Shown here piece by piece: positions 24,401 to 36,563 of a stretch of 64,000 bases of DNA. The translations under genes were made by a program, and so were the position numbers. Under the pieces are notes generated by a model. It had not been told where the DNA came from. It saw only the letters and a program-made list of their open reading frames with translations, and did not search any database. Every line of letters begins with the position of its first letter. The stretch's first letter is position 1. Source of the DNA: Cyanophora paradoxa CCMP329 (taxonomy: Eukaryota; Plantae; Glaucophyta); NCBI GenBank assembly GCA_004431415.1, contig QPMI01000087.1, positions 1 through 64,000 of the forward strand. Direction: 5' to 3'.

Positions 24401-26562
24401 CTTCTTCTGCGACCTCCCCACCAGGTGCCCCCACGCGCCTTCCCACCCCGGCCCCTCCCCGATCTTACTCCTCCCCGCGCAGCCCGTCGGAGGTGGTGCA
24501 GGTGCTCGTGGAGAAGACGCGCAGGCCGGAGGACTCGCTCGTGTACCAGCGCTTCGCCTCCATCATGGAGCTCGCCGACAAGTACGGCACCATGCAGGCA
24601 AGCTCTCTTTCTTCTTTTTGGTTCTTCCTCTTTAAGTTCTTACTCTTCTTCTCTCCTCTTTAGGTGCGGACGAACGCGGACACGCCGGCGGACGCGAAGG
24701 CGGCCCGCGCCTTTGGGGCCCAGGGCATCGGCCTCTGCCGGTCCGCCCCGCCCCGCCCCGCCCAATTCTATCGTCTAGACCAGTACCCCTTCCTTCCCCC
24801 CGCCTCTCCGCCCCGCCCCGCCCCCCGCCCCTCCGAAATCTATCGTCTAGACCGGCACCCCTTCCTTCCCTCCGCCTCTCCGCCCCGCCCCGCCCCGCTT
24901 TGCTTTGACTCTAGATCTTGAACTTATCCTCTCCTTAGGACGGAGCACATGTTCATGGACCCGACCCGCCTCGCGGACGTGCGCCGCATGTTCTTCTCCA
25001 CGGACGCCGCCTCCCGCACGGAGGCCATCTCCCGCCTCAAGAAGTACCAGAAGGCGGTGCGCCGGCCTTGCATATAATTAGATCTCACCTCGCCTTGGCT
25101 TTTCTAAGTCGTCTCCGCTTAGGACTTTGCGGCGATCTTCGAGGCGATGGACGGCCTGCCCGTGACCGTCCGCCTCCTCGACCCCCCGCTCCACGAGGTA
25201 CTCCCGATTCTATTTTTAGAAGCCTCCGCGTCCCTGAGCTGTATACCCCCCTCCGCAGTTCATCCCGCACTCGGAGGAGGAGCTGCGGGAGCTGTCGGGG
25301 GTACTGGGAACCAGCTTCGAGGAGCTCAAGGCGACCCGCGAGGGCCTGCTCGAGGCGAACCCGATGCTGGGGCACCGCGGCTGCCGCCTCGGAATCACCA
25401 TCCCCGAGCTCACGTGCGCCTCTCTTCTTATCTTCCTTATCATCTTCTTCTTCTCTGATCTTAACTTCGTGCGCAGTGAGATGCAAGTGTCTGCGATCCT
25501 CGAGGCCGCCATCGAGTGCGAGGCCAAGGGCATCAAGGTCGCCGTCGAGATCAAGGTACCCCCCTTCCCTCCTCCTCTCTGCCCCCCTCCTCTCTAAGGC
25601 CGTCCGGCCAGGTGCCGCTGGTGACGACGCACCGGGAGCTTGAGCACCAGGCGAGCCTCATCCGCCGCACCGCCACCCGCGTCTTCGAGGAGACCGGCAA
25701 GACCGTCAAGTACAAGGTGAACCCGTACCCCCCTTCTTCTCTCCTCCTCCCTCCGCGCTCTTACCTCGGCGTTCGCGCGCGCCAGGTGGGGACCATGATC
25801 GAGCAGCCGCGCGCGGCTCTCACCGCCGAGATGATGGCCAAGCACGCCGAGTTCTTCAGGTACCCTGTACCCCCCTCTTCCTCCCCCGGCCCCCTCTCAC
25901 GCCCGCCCGCCCGCCCCCTGCGCAGCTTCGGGACGAACGACCTGACGCAGACGACGTTCGGGATCTCGCGGGACGACGCGGCCAAGTTCTTGACGCCCTA
26001 CCTCGAGGGGGTACCCGACCCCGAGAGCCCCAGCGAGCTCATGTCCATGTGCGCCCCGCTCATATATATGACACCTGAGCGACCCGCGTGATCTGATCTG
26101 ATGCAATCCCCGGGCAGCCTTAGCGCGGACCCCTTCCAGAAGCTGGACCAGGAGGGCGTGGGCGAGCTGATGCGCATCGCCGTCGAGAAGGGCCGCCGCA
26201 CGCGCCCCGGCCTCAAGATCGGCATCTGCGGCGAGCACGGCGGCGAGCCCAGCTCCGTCCTCTTCTGCCAGTCCATCGGTCCGCCCTGAAAATCTCCTAC
26301 CCCCCCTCCCCCCGCGTCTGAGCTTCGTCGTTCGCCCGCAGGCCTCGACTACGTCTCGTGCTCGCCGTACCGCGTACCCCTGGCGCGCCTCGCGGCGGCG
26401 CAGGCGAGCCTGAACCAGGCCGTCGAGTCCCGCAACGTCACCTTCCCGGGCGCCAAGAGCTGGATGTGCGCTCCTTCGTTTTTGCCGTACCCCGCCCCGG
26501 GGGGGAGGGGGAGGGGGGGGAAGGAAGACCGAGAGCTGACCGGGGCGCGCGCGCGCAGGTAA
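21417..26562 (+). CDS. PPDK: Pyruvate, phosphate dikinase with plastid transit peptide; many short exons
   Basis: [72 protein letters not shown], phospho-His motif [55 protein letters not shown]-terminus MAFLSL...QFFGS...IRA is transit-peptide-like. Confidence 0.97.
24740..24900. repeat. ~70-bp direct repeat inside a PPDK intron
   Basis: TCTATCGTCTAGACC.G.ACCCCTTCCTTCCC.CCGCCTCTCCGCCCCGCCCCGCC occurs twice. Confidence 0.85.
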
Positions 26563-26841
26563 ACGGACGATTCAAAATCGATCGTCGTCAATCGAGCTGT
26601 ACACTAGTCTCATTGTACTTTTCGTTTTCGATCTCACCATGAGTCCTTTAATTTCGGGTGGAGTGGAGATCGCTGTCAACATCTTTTTGTGCAGTAATTA
26701 TGAAGCTCTTTGTACATTGCAGTCTCTTAAAATTATGCGGTTTTGTGTGCCAAGATTATCAATATCTGATAGCTTACGTAGTCCGGCTGTACAAGTGTAG
26801 AGTCCCTTTGAATGTACAACAGCGTGTGCCAATTAAGACAT

Positions 26842-28900
26842 TCAACTGCAATCTCTGAGCCTCCGAGGCTCGAAATTTGGCGGAGCGGGGGTTGGCAGGC
26901 ACCAGCCCGCCCCGCTCCGGATCTCCTGCTCCCCGACCGAGAGGAAGCGCCCGTACCCCACCACGTGCTCCCGAAGGGGATGGGGCTCGGGCCGGGGGGC
27001 GGATAGGGGAGGGGATGGGAGGCGGGCCGGGGCGGGGGGAGCGGATGGGGGATGGGGGGATGGGGGGGAGGGGGGAGGGGGGGATGGGCCGATGCGCCGT
27101 TCGATGCGCGAGTCGCCCGTGTCCGCCACGAGTGACATCATGTTCGAGACCGCGTTCGCCTCCTGGGGGGAGCGCGAGTCAGAGATGCGAGGGGGACGTC
27201 GGGCGGGGGGGGATGCCTCATGGTCGAAGTGGGACGAGCAGTACGACTGCGCGTACCCCGACTGGTGCTTCCGCACGCTGGCCAGAGAGGGCGGTCGGGT
27301 ACAGCGACGGGGAGCGGAGGGGTACCGCACCAGTGGGAGAACAGCTGCGAGACGCGGTACCCGATTTCCGCGTCGGCCTCGGCGCTGGAGAGGGGTACCG
27401 GTTCGCCCTCCGGTCCGGGCCAGCCCCGCCCCCTCGCACGTGCCTGCGGAGCGGGGGTTCAAGACTTGGAGGAAGGCGGCGGAGAGGGGGTACGGGGGCC
27501 GCGCCTGCCGAGCTCGGCGACCTCGTGGGGCTCGAGGGGGCGGAGGCGGCCCAGGAAGGCCCGTACCCGGGCCGTGCTCGAGATGAATGACAGCAGGACC
27601 TGGGGGGTACACGCTCGCCCCGCTTCGAGGGCGCGGGGCGGGCCCCTCACCTCGGGGATCGAAAGCCAGGTGGGCGATCTGGGCGGGGGGTACAACTCAA
27701 AATGGCGGCGGTGGGGCGGAAGGGCAGCGCTCGAGCGGCTCACTCGGGGTCGGGCATCAGCTGCGGCGAGGGGGGTACGTCAGTCGCGGCGGAGCGAGAT
27801 GCAGTACCCGGCGCGCCCACCTGGGTATACGTGGCGAGGTCCGCGCAGACGGCGTCGACCGTGAGGTAGTCCCGCATGAGGGTGCACAGCTCGTCCGTGG
27901 CCTTCTGCGGGGGTACGGGCCTCGCCCGGGGGGCGCGGGGCGGGGGCGGGGGGTACGACACCGCGGTGAAGGCCTGGAGGTTCGCGAGCATCTGGTCCCG
28001 CGTGAGGCCGTCCTCGCGGGCCGGCGCCGCGGGGTCCATCTCCGCCAGCTCCTGCGCCGCCTCAGCGTCGCCCCGGGGGGGCGGGGTCCGGGGGCGGGGG
28101 GCGGGCGCGCCAGGCGGAGGGCTTCGGCCTCCTCGAGGGCCTCCTCGAGCGCCTCGCTCCGCTCCTCCAGCCGCCACTCGGCGACCGCCGCCCGCACCAG
28201 CGCCACGTCCCGCTCCAGCCGCCGGCACTCCTGCCCGCCGTACTCCCCGCAGATCAAATCGTACGCCGAGTTCCACACGAGGCTGCCCTGCACCAGGTCG
28301 CTCTCGTCGCTGCCCGGCGGCGGCTCCGACGGCGGCTCCGACGGCGGCTCCAGCGGCTCCGCGCCGGCGAAGTTGTTCGACTGCGAAGACAGCCGCCGCG
28401 CGTGCGGCCGCCCCGCCGCCGGCGCGACGGAATTCGAACCCGCGGCCCGCTGCGCCGACGGCGCTTCGCTGCCTGATGGGAGAGCCCGCGCATGGGACGG
28501 CCTCCGCGCCGCGCGCTCATCGGGCTGCCTCAAGGGCGCGAGCTCCGCCGGTCGCCCGAGCGTCGCAGCCGCTGCTGGTCTGAGCGCTCGCGCCGCCTCG
28601 AGCTCGCCACGCAGCTGCAACCGATGCACCGAGCTCGCCACGCTTCCTGATATCGAGGCAGATGCATCGGCGTGCCAGGCACTGCCAGCTGTAGCTGCAG
28701 GCTGGTACAAGGCAGCGTCCCGGTCACGACCCCACCCGTGCGCATATACGCCGTGGACGCAGCAGACTAGGACGTGCACCCGTACCCCAAGGGGCGCTCA
28801 CTTCGGCTCAACGAACGCGGGCACAACGGAGCGGACGGAGGATGAACTGAGAGTTTTCAGGCCGCCGTGGCGCCTGCCGCAGGTGCTAGCGCTTGGCGCC
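26842..28900 (-). CDS. Multi-exon hypothetical protein, copy 1 (5' end not resolved)
   Basis: Coding-like blocks between splice sites: LERDVALVRAAVAEWRLEERSEALEEALEE, KATDELCTLMRDYLTVDAVCADLATY, GYAQSYCSSHFDHE, EANAVSNMMSLVADTGDSRIERR; no family recognised. Confidence 0.55.
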
Positions 28901-29153
28901 CCGGTACGGATGTGACCCTTCCTGCAATTACGAGGTGGTGCTGTACCCGTGCGCTACAACTGCTGCGGAAACTGCAAGAAGCAATCGTTTTGGCGAGAAG
29001 GAGGCTGGGCTCGGTTTGAGCAGTTTGATCAGGCACGCAGATCTAGATCACTCGCGTCCGATCAGTTTGATCACTTCCTAACGCAGAAGCCAGCGCTAGC
29101 GCGCGCCCACCCCAGCCCGTGCCTTCCAGCCCGGCCAGTTCTGCGCGGCGCAC

Positions 29154-30730
29154 ATGCCAGCAGTCGAGATGTCTGCGGCACAGCAATTCATGCCGGAGGC
29201 ATCGTCCTCGTCTTCTTCTTCTTCGCGGCCAAGGCTACAGCCCGCGGCACTTGTTTCGGCAGCTGCGGAGGACGACGCGCAGCTGCCCACCTCGCGGGAA
29301 CTTGATGCCGACCCGGAGCTGGCCGATCCGCGGGCGGAGCTTCGGCGTTTGGGCATCACGGGGCCCGGAAAGGACATCAAGAAGGCCGGCGACGGATCGT
29401 GCGCCCGCGCCCGCCCCGCACCCGCGGAGTTTCCCGACCTTACCGCAGTGCGCGCAGCACCCATGTCTCGGCCGTGGACAACGTTCCCGGACTGCCGGGG
29501 ACGTACGCAGCGCCTCCCTCGGGGCGGGACTGGCGCTGGGCGGTGCCGGAGGAGAAGCCGGCGCGGCCGGAGGTTTTCGACGACGAGTGCGAGCTGCCGG
29601 CCGGCAGCCTTCCCTACATCGAGCGGCGGCCGATCCCGACGCCGGCGGAGGCGGCCAGCTCGTCCGCATCGTCGCGCCGCGACTCGCTCGTCCCGCACAA
29701 GAAGTCCCTAAAGGGCGCCCTCCAGGTCGGCCCGGCCGCCCGCCTCGATCCCGACCATCGAATTTCATCGCTGACGTCCTCTGCCCCTCCTCTCAGTCCA
29801 TGTCCACGAACATTGCGGCGCCGCTGAAGCTGGAGGACCGGTGGGCGTCCGCCAAGCAGCTCGCCACGCCCCGCGGCCTCCTCGGCCTCGCCAAGCGCCA
29901 CAAGTTCACCATCGCCGCCACGATCTTCTACGGTGCGACGATCTTAAACCCGCGGATCGGAGCGCCCGCGCCCGCCCGCGTCGCGATCGCTCACGAACAG
30001 CCGCGCAGCTATCTTCTTCGGCACGCTCGCGAACACGATCTGGAAGGACAAGCTCGGCTTCAAGGGCCACATCATGCTCGTCATCCTGTGCGTACTCTTT
30101 ACGCTCTGGCCGGGCCTGCGCGGGCCTGACCTTCGAATTCTCCGCCTCCGCCAGGTACTTCCTGATGTTCGCGCTCATCAAGGACTTCTCGGCGGGCCTG
30201 GCGTTCCTCGGCGCCCTCACCGCCTGCCTCATGTTCGACGTCGTCTCCCAGGCCGACGCCCTCGCCGGCTTCTCCAACGCTGGCGTCTTCCAGGCTCGCC
30301 CGCCCGCCCGCCCGCGAGATTTGATCCGCGGATCGAATTCGAATCGAGTCTGAACCCTGCCGCGCAGGTCGGAGTTCTGTACATCATCGCGGCCGGCATT
30401 GAGGAGACCGGAGCCCTCGACTACGCCCTCCGCCGGTGCGCCCCCCTTCCTTACTTTGCCGCCGCTCTTCCGCCCGCCCCGCCCGCCTCGCCCTGACCGC
30501 GGCTCTCCCGCCCGCCCGCCCGTGCGCAGCGTGCTGGGGACGCCCAAGTCGAAGTCGAACGCCATCTTCCGCATCTCCGCCTCCTGCATCTTCCTCTCTA
30601 CCTTCCTCAACAACACGCCCATCGGTGCGGGCGGCTGGCGCCCCCGTCCTTGAGAATTCCAGCGCCGGCCGCGGCTGACCGGTGCCCGTCGCGTCGCCCG
30701 ATTCTCCTTCGCCCCACCAGTCGCCATGAT
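29154..30730 (+). pseudogene. 5' part of the SLC13/TrkA-C transporter, cut at the duplication junction (possible chimera with PPDK)
   Basis: Matches the 5' part of 36564-40202 up to the 10-nt microexon at 30721-30730, then switches to PPDK sequence. Confidence 0.85.
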
Positions 30731-30767
30731 GTGAGCTCGGTCTCGATTCTCGGGTCTCCTCCCGCAG

Positions 30768-33700
30768 CTCCGGCGAGGACTCGTTCTACGGCGAGTTCCT
30801 CGTCAACGCCCAGGGCGAGGACGTCGTCGCCGGCATCCGTACCCCCCTCCCCATCAACAAGAAGCAGGCCCAGGAGACGGGCCGCACGGGGCAGCCGACG
30901 CTCGAGGAGGTCATGCCCGAGGCGAGCCGTACCCCTCCCCCCCCTTCCGCCTGGTGCCCCCCCTAACGGGGCCGGGCCACAGGTCTACCAGCAGCTCATT
31001 GATACCGGCAAGACTCTCGAGAAGCACTACGGCGACATGCAGGTACCCCCCTTCTCCCGCCCGTTGTCGTTCGCGCACCCCCGTCCGACCGAGTGCCGGT
31101 ACCCCCAGGACCTCGAGTTCACGATCGAGAACGGGCGCCTGTACATGCTCCAGACGCGCTCCGGCAAGCGTACCGGCATGGCCGCCGTCACGTGCGCCCC
31201 TTTACCCCCCCTCACCGAATCCGCCCAGCCGATCTGAGCCGGGCGCAGGATCGCGGCGGACATGCTGAAGGAGGGGGCCATGAGCGAGACGGCGGCGCTG
31301 AAGAACGTGCAGCCGGAGCAGCTCTCGCAGCTCCTCGCCCCCGTCTTCGACCAGAAGGCCAAGGACGCAGCCAAGGAGAAGCGCGCCGCGAAGGGATTCA
31401 ACGCGGGGCCCGGCGCCGCCTCGGGCCTCCTGGTCCTCTCCACCGAGAAGGCCGTCCAGTGGGCCGCCGAGGGCAAGAAGGTCGGCCTGTGCAGATCTAA
31501 GCTTGATTTCTTGTCCTTATCTTCTCCGGATCCTTAGGTGGTTCTGGTGCGCGAGGAGACGAGCCCGGACGACTACCCCGGCATGGTGGTGCGCAGGGCG
31601 TCCTCACCGCCCGCGGCGGCTCGACGAGCCACGCCGCCGTCGTCGCCCGCGCATGGGCAAGCCCTGCGTCGTCGGCTGCAGCTCGCTGCACGTCGACGAG
31701 GAGAAGGGCGTCGTCGCTGCCGGCGGCATGTCCATCAAGGTCTGTGCCTATTTCTTACTTTCTGCTCTCATATTATTTCTTATAGAAGCGCTGACGCCGC
31801 CCTCCGCCGCGCAGGAGGGCGAGGCGATCTCGATCGACGGCTCCACCGGCGAGTCTTCTTCTGCGACCTCCCCACCAGGTGCCCCACGCGCCTTCCACCC
31901 CGGCCCCTCCCGATCTTACTCCTCCCGCGCAGCCCGTCGGAGGTGGTGCAGGTGCTCGTGGAGAAGACGCGCAGGCCGGAGGACTCGCTCGTGTACCAGC
32001 GCTTCGCCTCCATCATGGAGCTCGCCGACAAGTACGGCACCATGCAGGCAAGCTCTCTTTCTTCTTTTGGTTCTTCCTCTTTAAGTTCTTACTCTTCTTC
32101 TCTCCTCTTTAGGTGCGGACGAACGCGGACACGCCGGCGGACGCGAAGGCGCCCGCGCCTTTGGGCCAGGGCATCGGCCTCTGCCGGTCCGCCCCGCCCC
32201 GCCCGCCCAATTCTATCGTCTAGACCAGTACCCTTCCTTCCCCCGCCTCTCCGCCCCGCCCCGCCCCCGCCCCTCCGAAATCTATCGTCTAGACCGGCAC
32301 CCCTTCCTTCCCTCCGCCTCTCCGCCCCGCCCCGCCCCGCTTTGCTTTGACTCTAGATCTTGAACTTATCCTCTCCTTAGGACGGAGCACATGTTCATGG
32401 ACCCGACCCGCCTCGCGGACGTGCGCCGCATGTTCTTCTCCACGGACGCCGCCTCCCGCACGGAGGCCATCTCCCGCCTCAAGAAGTACCAGAAGGCGGT
32501 GCGCCGGCCTTGCATATAATTAGATCTCACCTCGCCTTGGCTTTTCTAAGTCGTCTCCGCTTAGGACTTTGCGGCGATCTTCGAGGCGATGGACGGCCTG
32601 CCCGTGACCGTCCGCCTCCTCGACCCCCCGCTCCACGAGGTACTCCCGATTCTATTTTTAGAAGCCTCCGCGTCCCTGAGCTGTATACCCCCCTCCGCAG
32701 TTCATCCCGCACTCGGAGGAGGAGCTGCGGGAGCTGTCGGGGGTACTGGGAACCAGCTTCGAGGAGCTCAAGGCGACCCGCGAGGGCCTGCTCGAGGCGA
32801 ACCCGATGCTGGGGCACCGCGGCTGCCGCCTCGGAATCACCATCCCCGAGCTCACGTGCGCCTCTCTTCTTATCTTCCTTATCATCTTCTTCTTCTCTGA
32901 TCTTAACTTCGTGCGCAGTGAGATGCAAGTGTCTGCGATCCTCGAGGCCGCCATCGAGTGCGAGGCCAAGGGCATCAAGGTCGCCGTCGAGATCAAGGTA
33001 CCCCCCTTCCCTCCTCCTCTCTGCCCCCCTCCTCTCTAAGGCCGTCCGCCAGGTGCCGCTGGTGACGACGCACCGGAGCTTGAGCACCAGGCGAGCCTCA
33101 TCCGCCGCACCGCCACCCGCGTCTTCGAGGAGACCGGCAAGACCGTCAAGTACAAGGTGAACCCGTACCCCCTTCTTCTCTCCTCCTCCCTCCGCGCTCT
33201 TACCTCGGCGTTCGCGCGCGCCAGGTGGGACCATGATCGAGCAGCCGCGCGCGGCTCTCACCGCCGAGATGATGGCCAAGCACGCCGAGTTCTTCAGGTA
33301 CCCTGTACCCCCTCTTCCTCCCCGGCCCCTCTCACGCCCGCCCGCCCGCCCCTGCGCAGCTTCGGACGAACGACCTGACGCAGACGACGTTCGGATCTCG
33401 CGGACGACGCGGCCAAGTTCTTGACGCCCTACCTCGAGGGGTACCCGACCCGAGAGCCCCAGCGAGCTCATGTCCATGTGCGCCCCGCTCATATATATGA
33501 CACCTGAGCGACCCGCGTGATCTGATCTGATGCAATCCCCGGGCAGCCTTAGCGCGGACCCCTTCCAGAAGCTGGACCAGGAGGGCGTGGCGAGCTGATG
33601 CGCATCGCCGTCGAGAAGGGCCGCCGCACGCGCCCCGGCCTCAAGATCGGCATCTGCGGCGAGCACGGCGGCGAGCCCAGCTCCGTCCTCTTCTGCCAGT

Positions 33701-33990
33701 CCATCGGTCCGCCCTGAAAATCTCCTACCCCCCCTCCCCCCGCGTCTGAGCTTCGTCGTTCGCCCGCAGGCCTCGACTACGTCTCGTGCTCGCCGTACCG
33801 CGTACCCCTGGCGCGCCTCGCGGCGGCGCAGGCGAGCCTGAACCAGGCCGTCGAGTCCCGCAACGTCACCTTCCCGGGCGCCAAGAGCTGGATGTGCGCT
33901 CCTTCGTTTTTGCCGTACCCCGCCCCGGGGGGGAGGGGGAGGGGGGGGAAGGAAGACCGAGAGCTGACCGGGGCGCGCGCGCGCAGGTAA
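30768..33990 (+). pseudogene. PPDK: Duplicated 3' two-thirds of PPDK with many 1-nt frameshifting deletions
   Basis: Colinear with 23313-26562; lacks the 5' exons; the indels resemble long-read errors. Confidence 0.85.
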
Positions 33991-34268
33991 ACGGACGATT
34001 CAAAATCGATCGTCGTCAATCGAGCTGTACACTAGTCTCATTGTACTTTTCGTTTTCGATCTCACCATGAGTCCTTTAATTTCGGTGGAGTGGAGATCGC
34101 TGTCAACATCTTTTTGTGCAGTAATTATGAAGCTCTTTGTACATTGCAGTCTCTTAAAATTATGCGGTTTTGTGTGCCAAGATTATCAATATCTGATAGC
34201 TTACGTAGTCCGGCTGTACAAGTGTAGAGTCCCTTTGAATGTACAACAGCGTGTGCCAATTAAGACAT

Positions 34269-36300
34269 TCAACTGCAATCTCTGAGCCTCCGAGGCTCGA
34301 AATTTGGCGGAGCGGGGTTGGCAGGCACCAGCCCGCCCCGCTCCGGATCTCCTGCTCCCGACCGAGAGGAAGCGCCCGTACCCCACCACGTGCTCCCGAA
34401 GGGATGGGGCTCGGGCCGGGGGCGGATAGGGGAGGGATGGGAGGCGGGCCGGGGCGGGGGAGCGGATGGGGATGGGGGATGGGGGAGGGGGAGGGGGATG
34501 GGCCGATGCGCCGTTCGATGCGCGAGTCGCCCGTGTCCGCCACGAGTGACATCATGTTCGAGACCGCGTTCGCCTCCTGGGGGGAGCGCGAGTCAGAGAT
34601 GCGAGGGGGACGTCGGGCGGGGGGGGATGCCTCATGGTCGAAGTGGGACGAGCAGTACGACTGCGCGTACCCCGACTGGTGCTTCCGCACGCTGGCCAGA
34701 GAGGGCGGTCGGGTACAGCGACGGGGAGCGGAGGGGTACCGCACCAGTGGGAGAACAGCTGCGAGACGCGGTACCCGATTTCCGCGTCGGCCTCGGCGCT
34801 GGAGAGGGGTACCGGTTCGCCCTCCGGTCCGGGCCAGCCCCGCCCCCTCGCACGTGCCTGCGGAGCGGGGGTTCAAGACTTGGAGGAAGGCGGCGGAGAG
34901 GGGTACGGGGCCGCGCCTGCCGAGCTCGGCGACCTCGTGGGGCTCGAGGGGGCGGAGGCGGCCCAGGAAGGCCCGTACCCGGGCCGTGCTCGAGATGAAT
35001 GACAGCAGGACCTGGGGGTACACGCTCGCCCCGCTTCGAGGGCGCGGGGCGGGCCCCTCACCTCGGGGATCGAAAGCCAGGTGGGCGATCTGGGCGGGGG
35101 GTACAACTCAAAATGGCGGCGGTGGGGCGGAAGGGCAGCGCTCGAGCGGCTCACTCGGGGTCGGGCATCAGCTGCGGCGAGGGGGGTACGTCAGTCGCGG
35201 CGGAGCGAGATGCAGTACCCGGCGCGCCCACCTGGGTATACGTGGCGAGGTCCGCGCAGACGGCGTCGACCGTGAGGTAGTCCCGCATGAGGGTGCACAG
35301 CTCGTCCGTGGCCTTCTGCGGGGGTACGGGCCTCGCCCGGGGGGCGCGGGGCGGGGGCGGGGGGTACGACACCGCGGTGAAGGCCTGGAGGTTCGCGAGC
35401 ATCTGGTCCCGCGTGAGGCCGTCCTCGCGGGCCGGCGCCGCGGGGTCCATCTCCGCCAGCTCCTGCGCCGCCTCAGCGTCGCCCCGGGGGGGCGGGGTCC
35501 GGGGGCGGGGGGCGGGCGCGCCAGGCGGAGGGCTTCGGCCTCCTCGAGGGCCTCCTCGAGCGCCTCGCTCCGCTCCTCCAGCCGCCACTCGGCGACCGCC
35601 GCCCGCACCAGCGCCACGTCCCGCTCCAGCCGCCGGCACTCCTGCCCGCCGTACTCCCGCAGATCAAATCGTACGCCGAGTTCCACACGAGGCTGCCCTG
35701 CACCAGGTCGCTCTCGTCGCTGCCCGGCGGCGGCTCCGACGGCGGCTCCGACGGCGGCTCCAGCGGCTCCGCGCCGGCGAAGTTGTTCGACTGCGAAGAC
35801 AGCCGCCGCGCGTGCGGCCGCCCCGCCGCCGGCGCGACGGAATTCGAACCCGCGGCCCGCTGCGCCGACGGCGCTTCGCTGCCTGATGGGAGAGCCCGCG
35901 CATGGGACGGCCTCCGCGCCGCGCGCTCATCGGGCTGCCTCAAGGGCGCGAGCTCCGCCGGTCGCCCGAGCGTCGCAGCCGCTGCTGGTCTGAGCGCTCG
36001 CGCCGCCTCGAGCTCGCCACGCAGCTGCAACCGATGCACCGAGCTCGCCACGCTTCCTGATATCGAGGCAGATGCATCGGCGTGCCAGGCACTGCCAGCT
36101 GTAGCTGCAGGCTGGTACAAGGCAGCGTCCCGGTCACGACCCCACCCGTGCGCATATACGCCGTGGACGCAGCAGACTAGGACGTGCACCCGTACCCCCA
36201 AGGGGCGCTCACTTCGGCTCAACGAACGCGGGCACAACGGAGCGGACGGAGGATGAACTGAGAGTTTTCAGGCCGCCGTGGCGCCTGCCGCAGGTGCTAG
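34269..36300 (-). CDS. Hypothetical protein, copy 2 of 26842-28900
   Basis: Duplicate sequence with small indels. Confidence 0.5.
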
Positions 36301-36563
36301 CGCTTGGCGCCCCGGTACGGATGTGACCCTTCCTGCAATTACGAGGTGGTGCTGTACCCGTGCGCTACAACTGCTGCGGAAACTGCAAGAAGCAATCGTT
36401 TTGGCGAGAAGGAGGCTGGGCTCGGTTTGAGCAGTTTGATCAGGCACGCAGATCTAGATCACTCGCGTCCGATCAGTTTGATCACTTCCTAACGCAGAAG
36501 CCAGCGCTAGCGCGCGCCCACCCAGCCCGTGCCTTCCAGCCCGGCCAGTTCTGCGCGGCGCAC

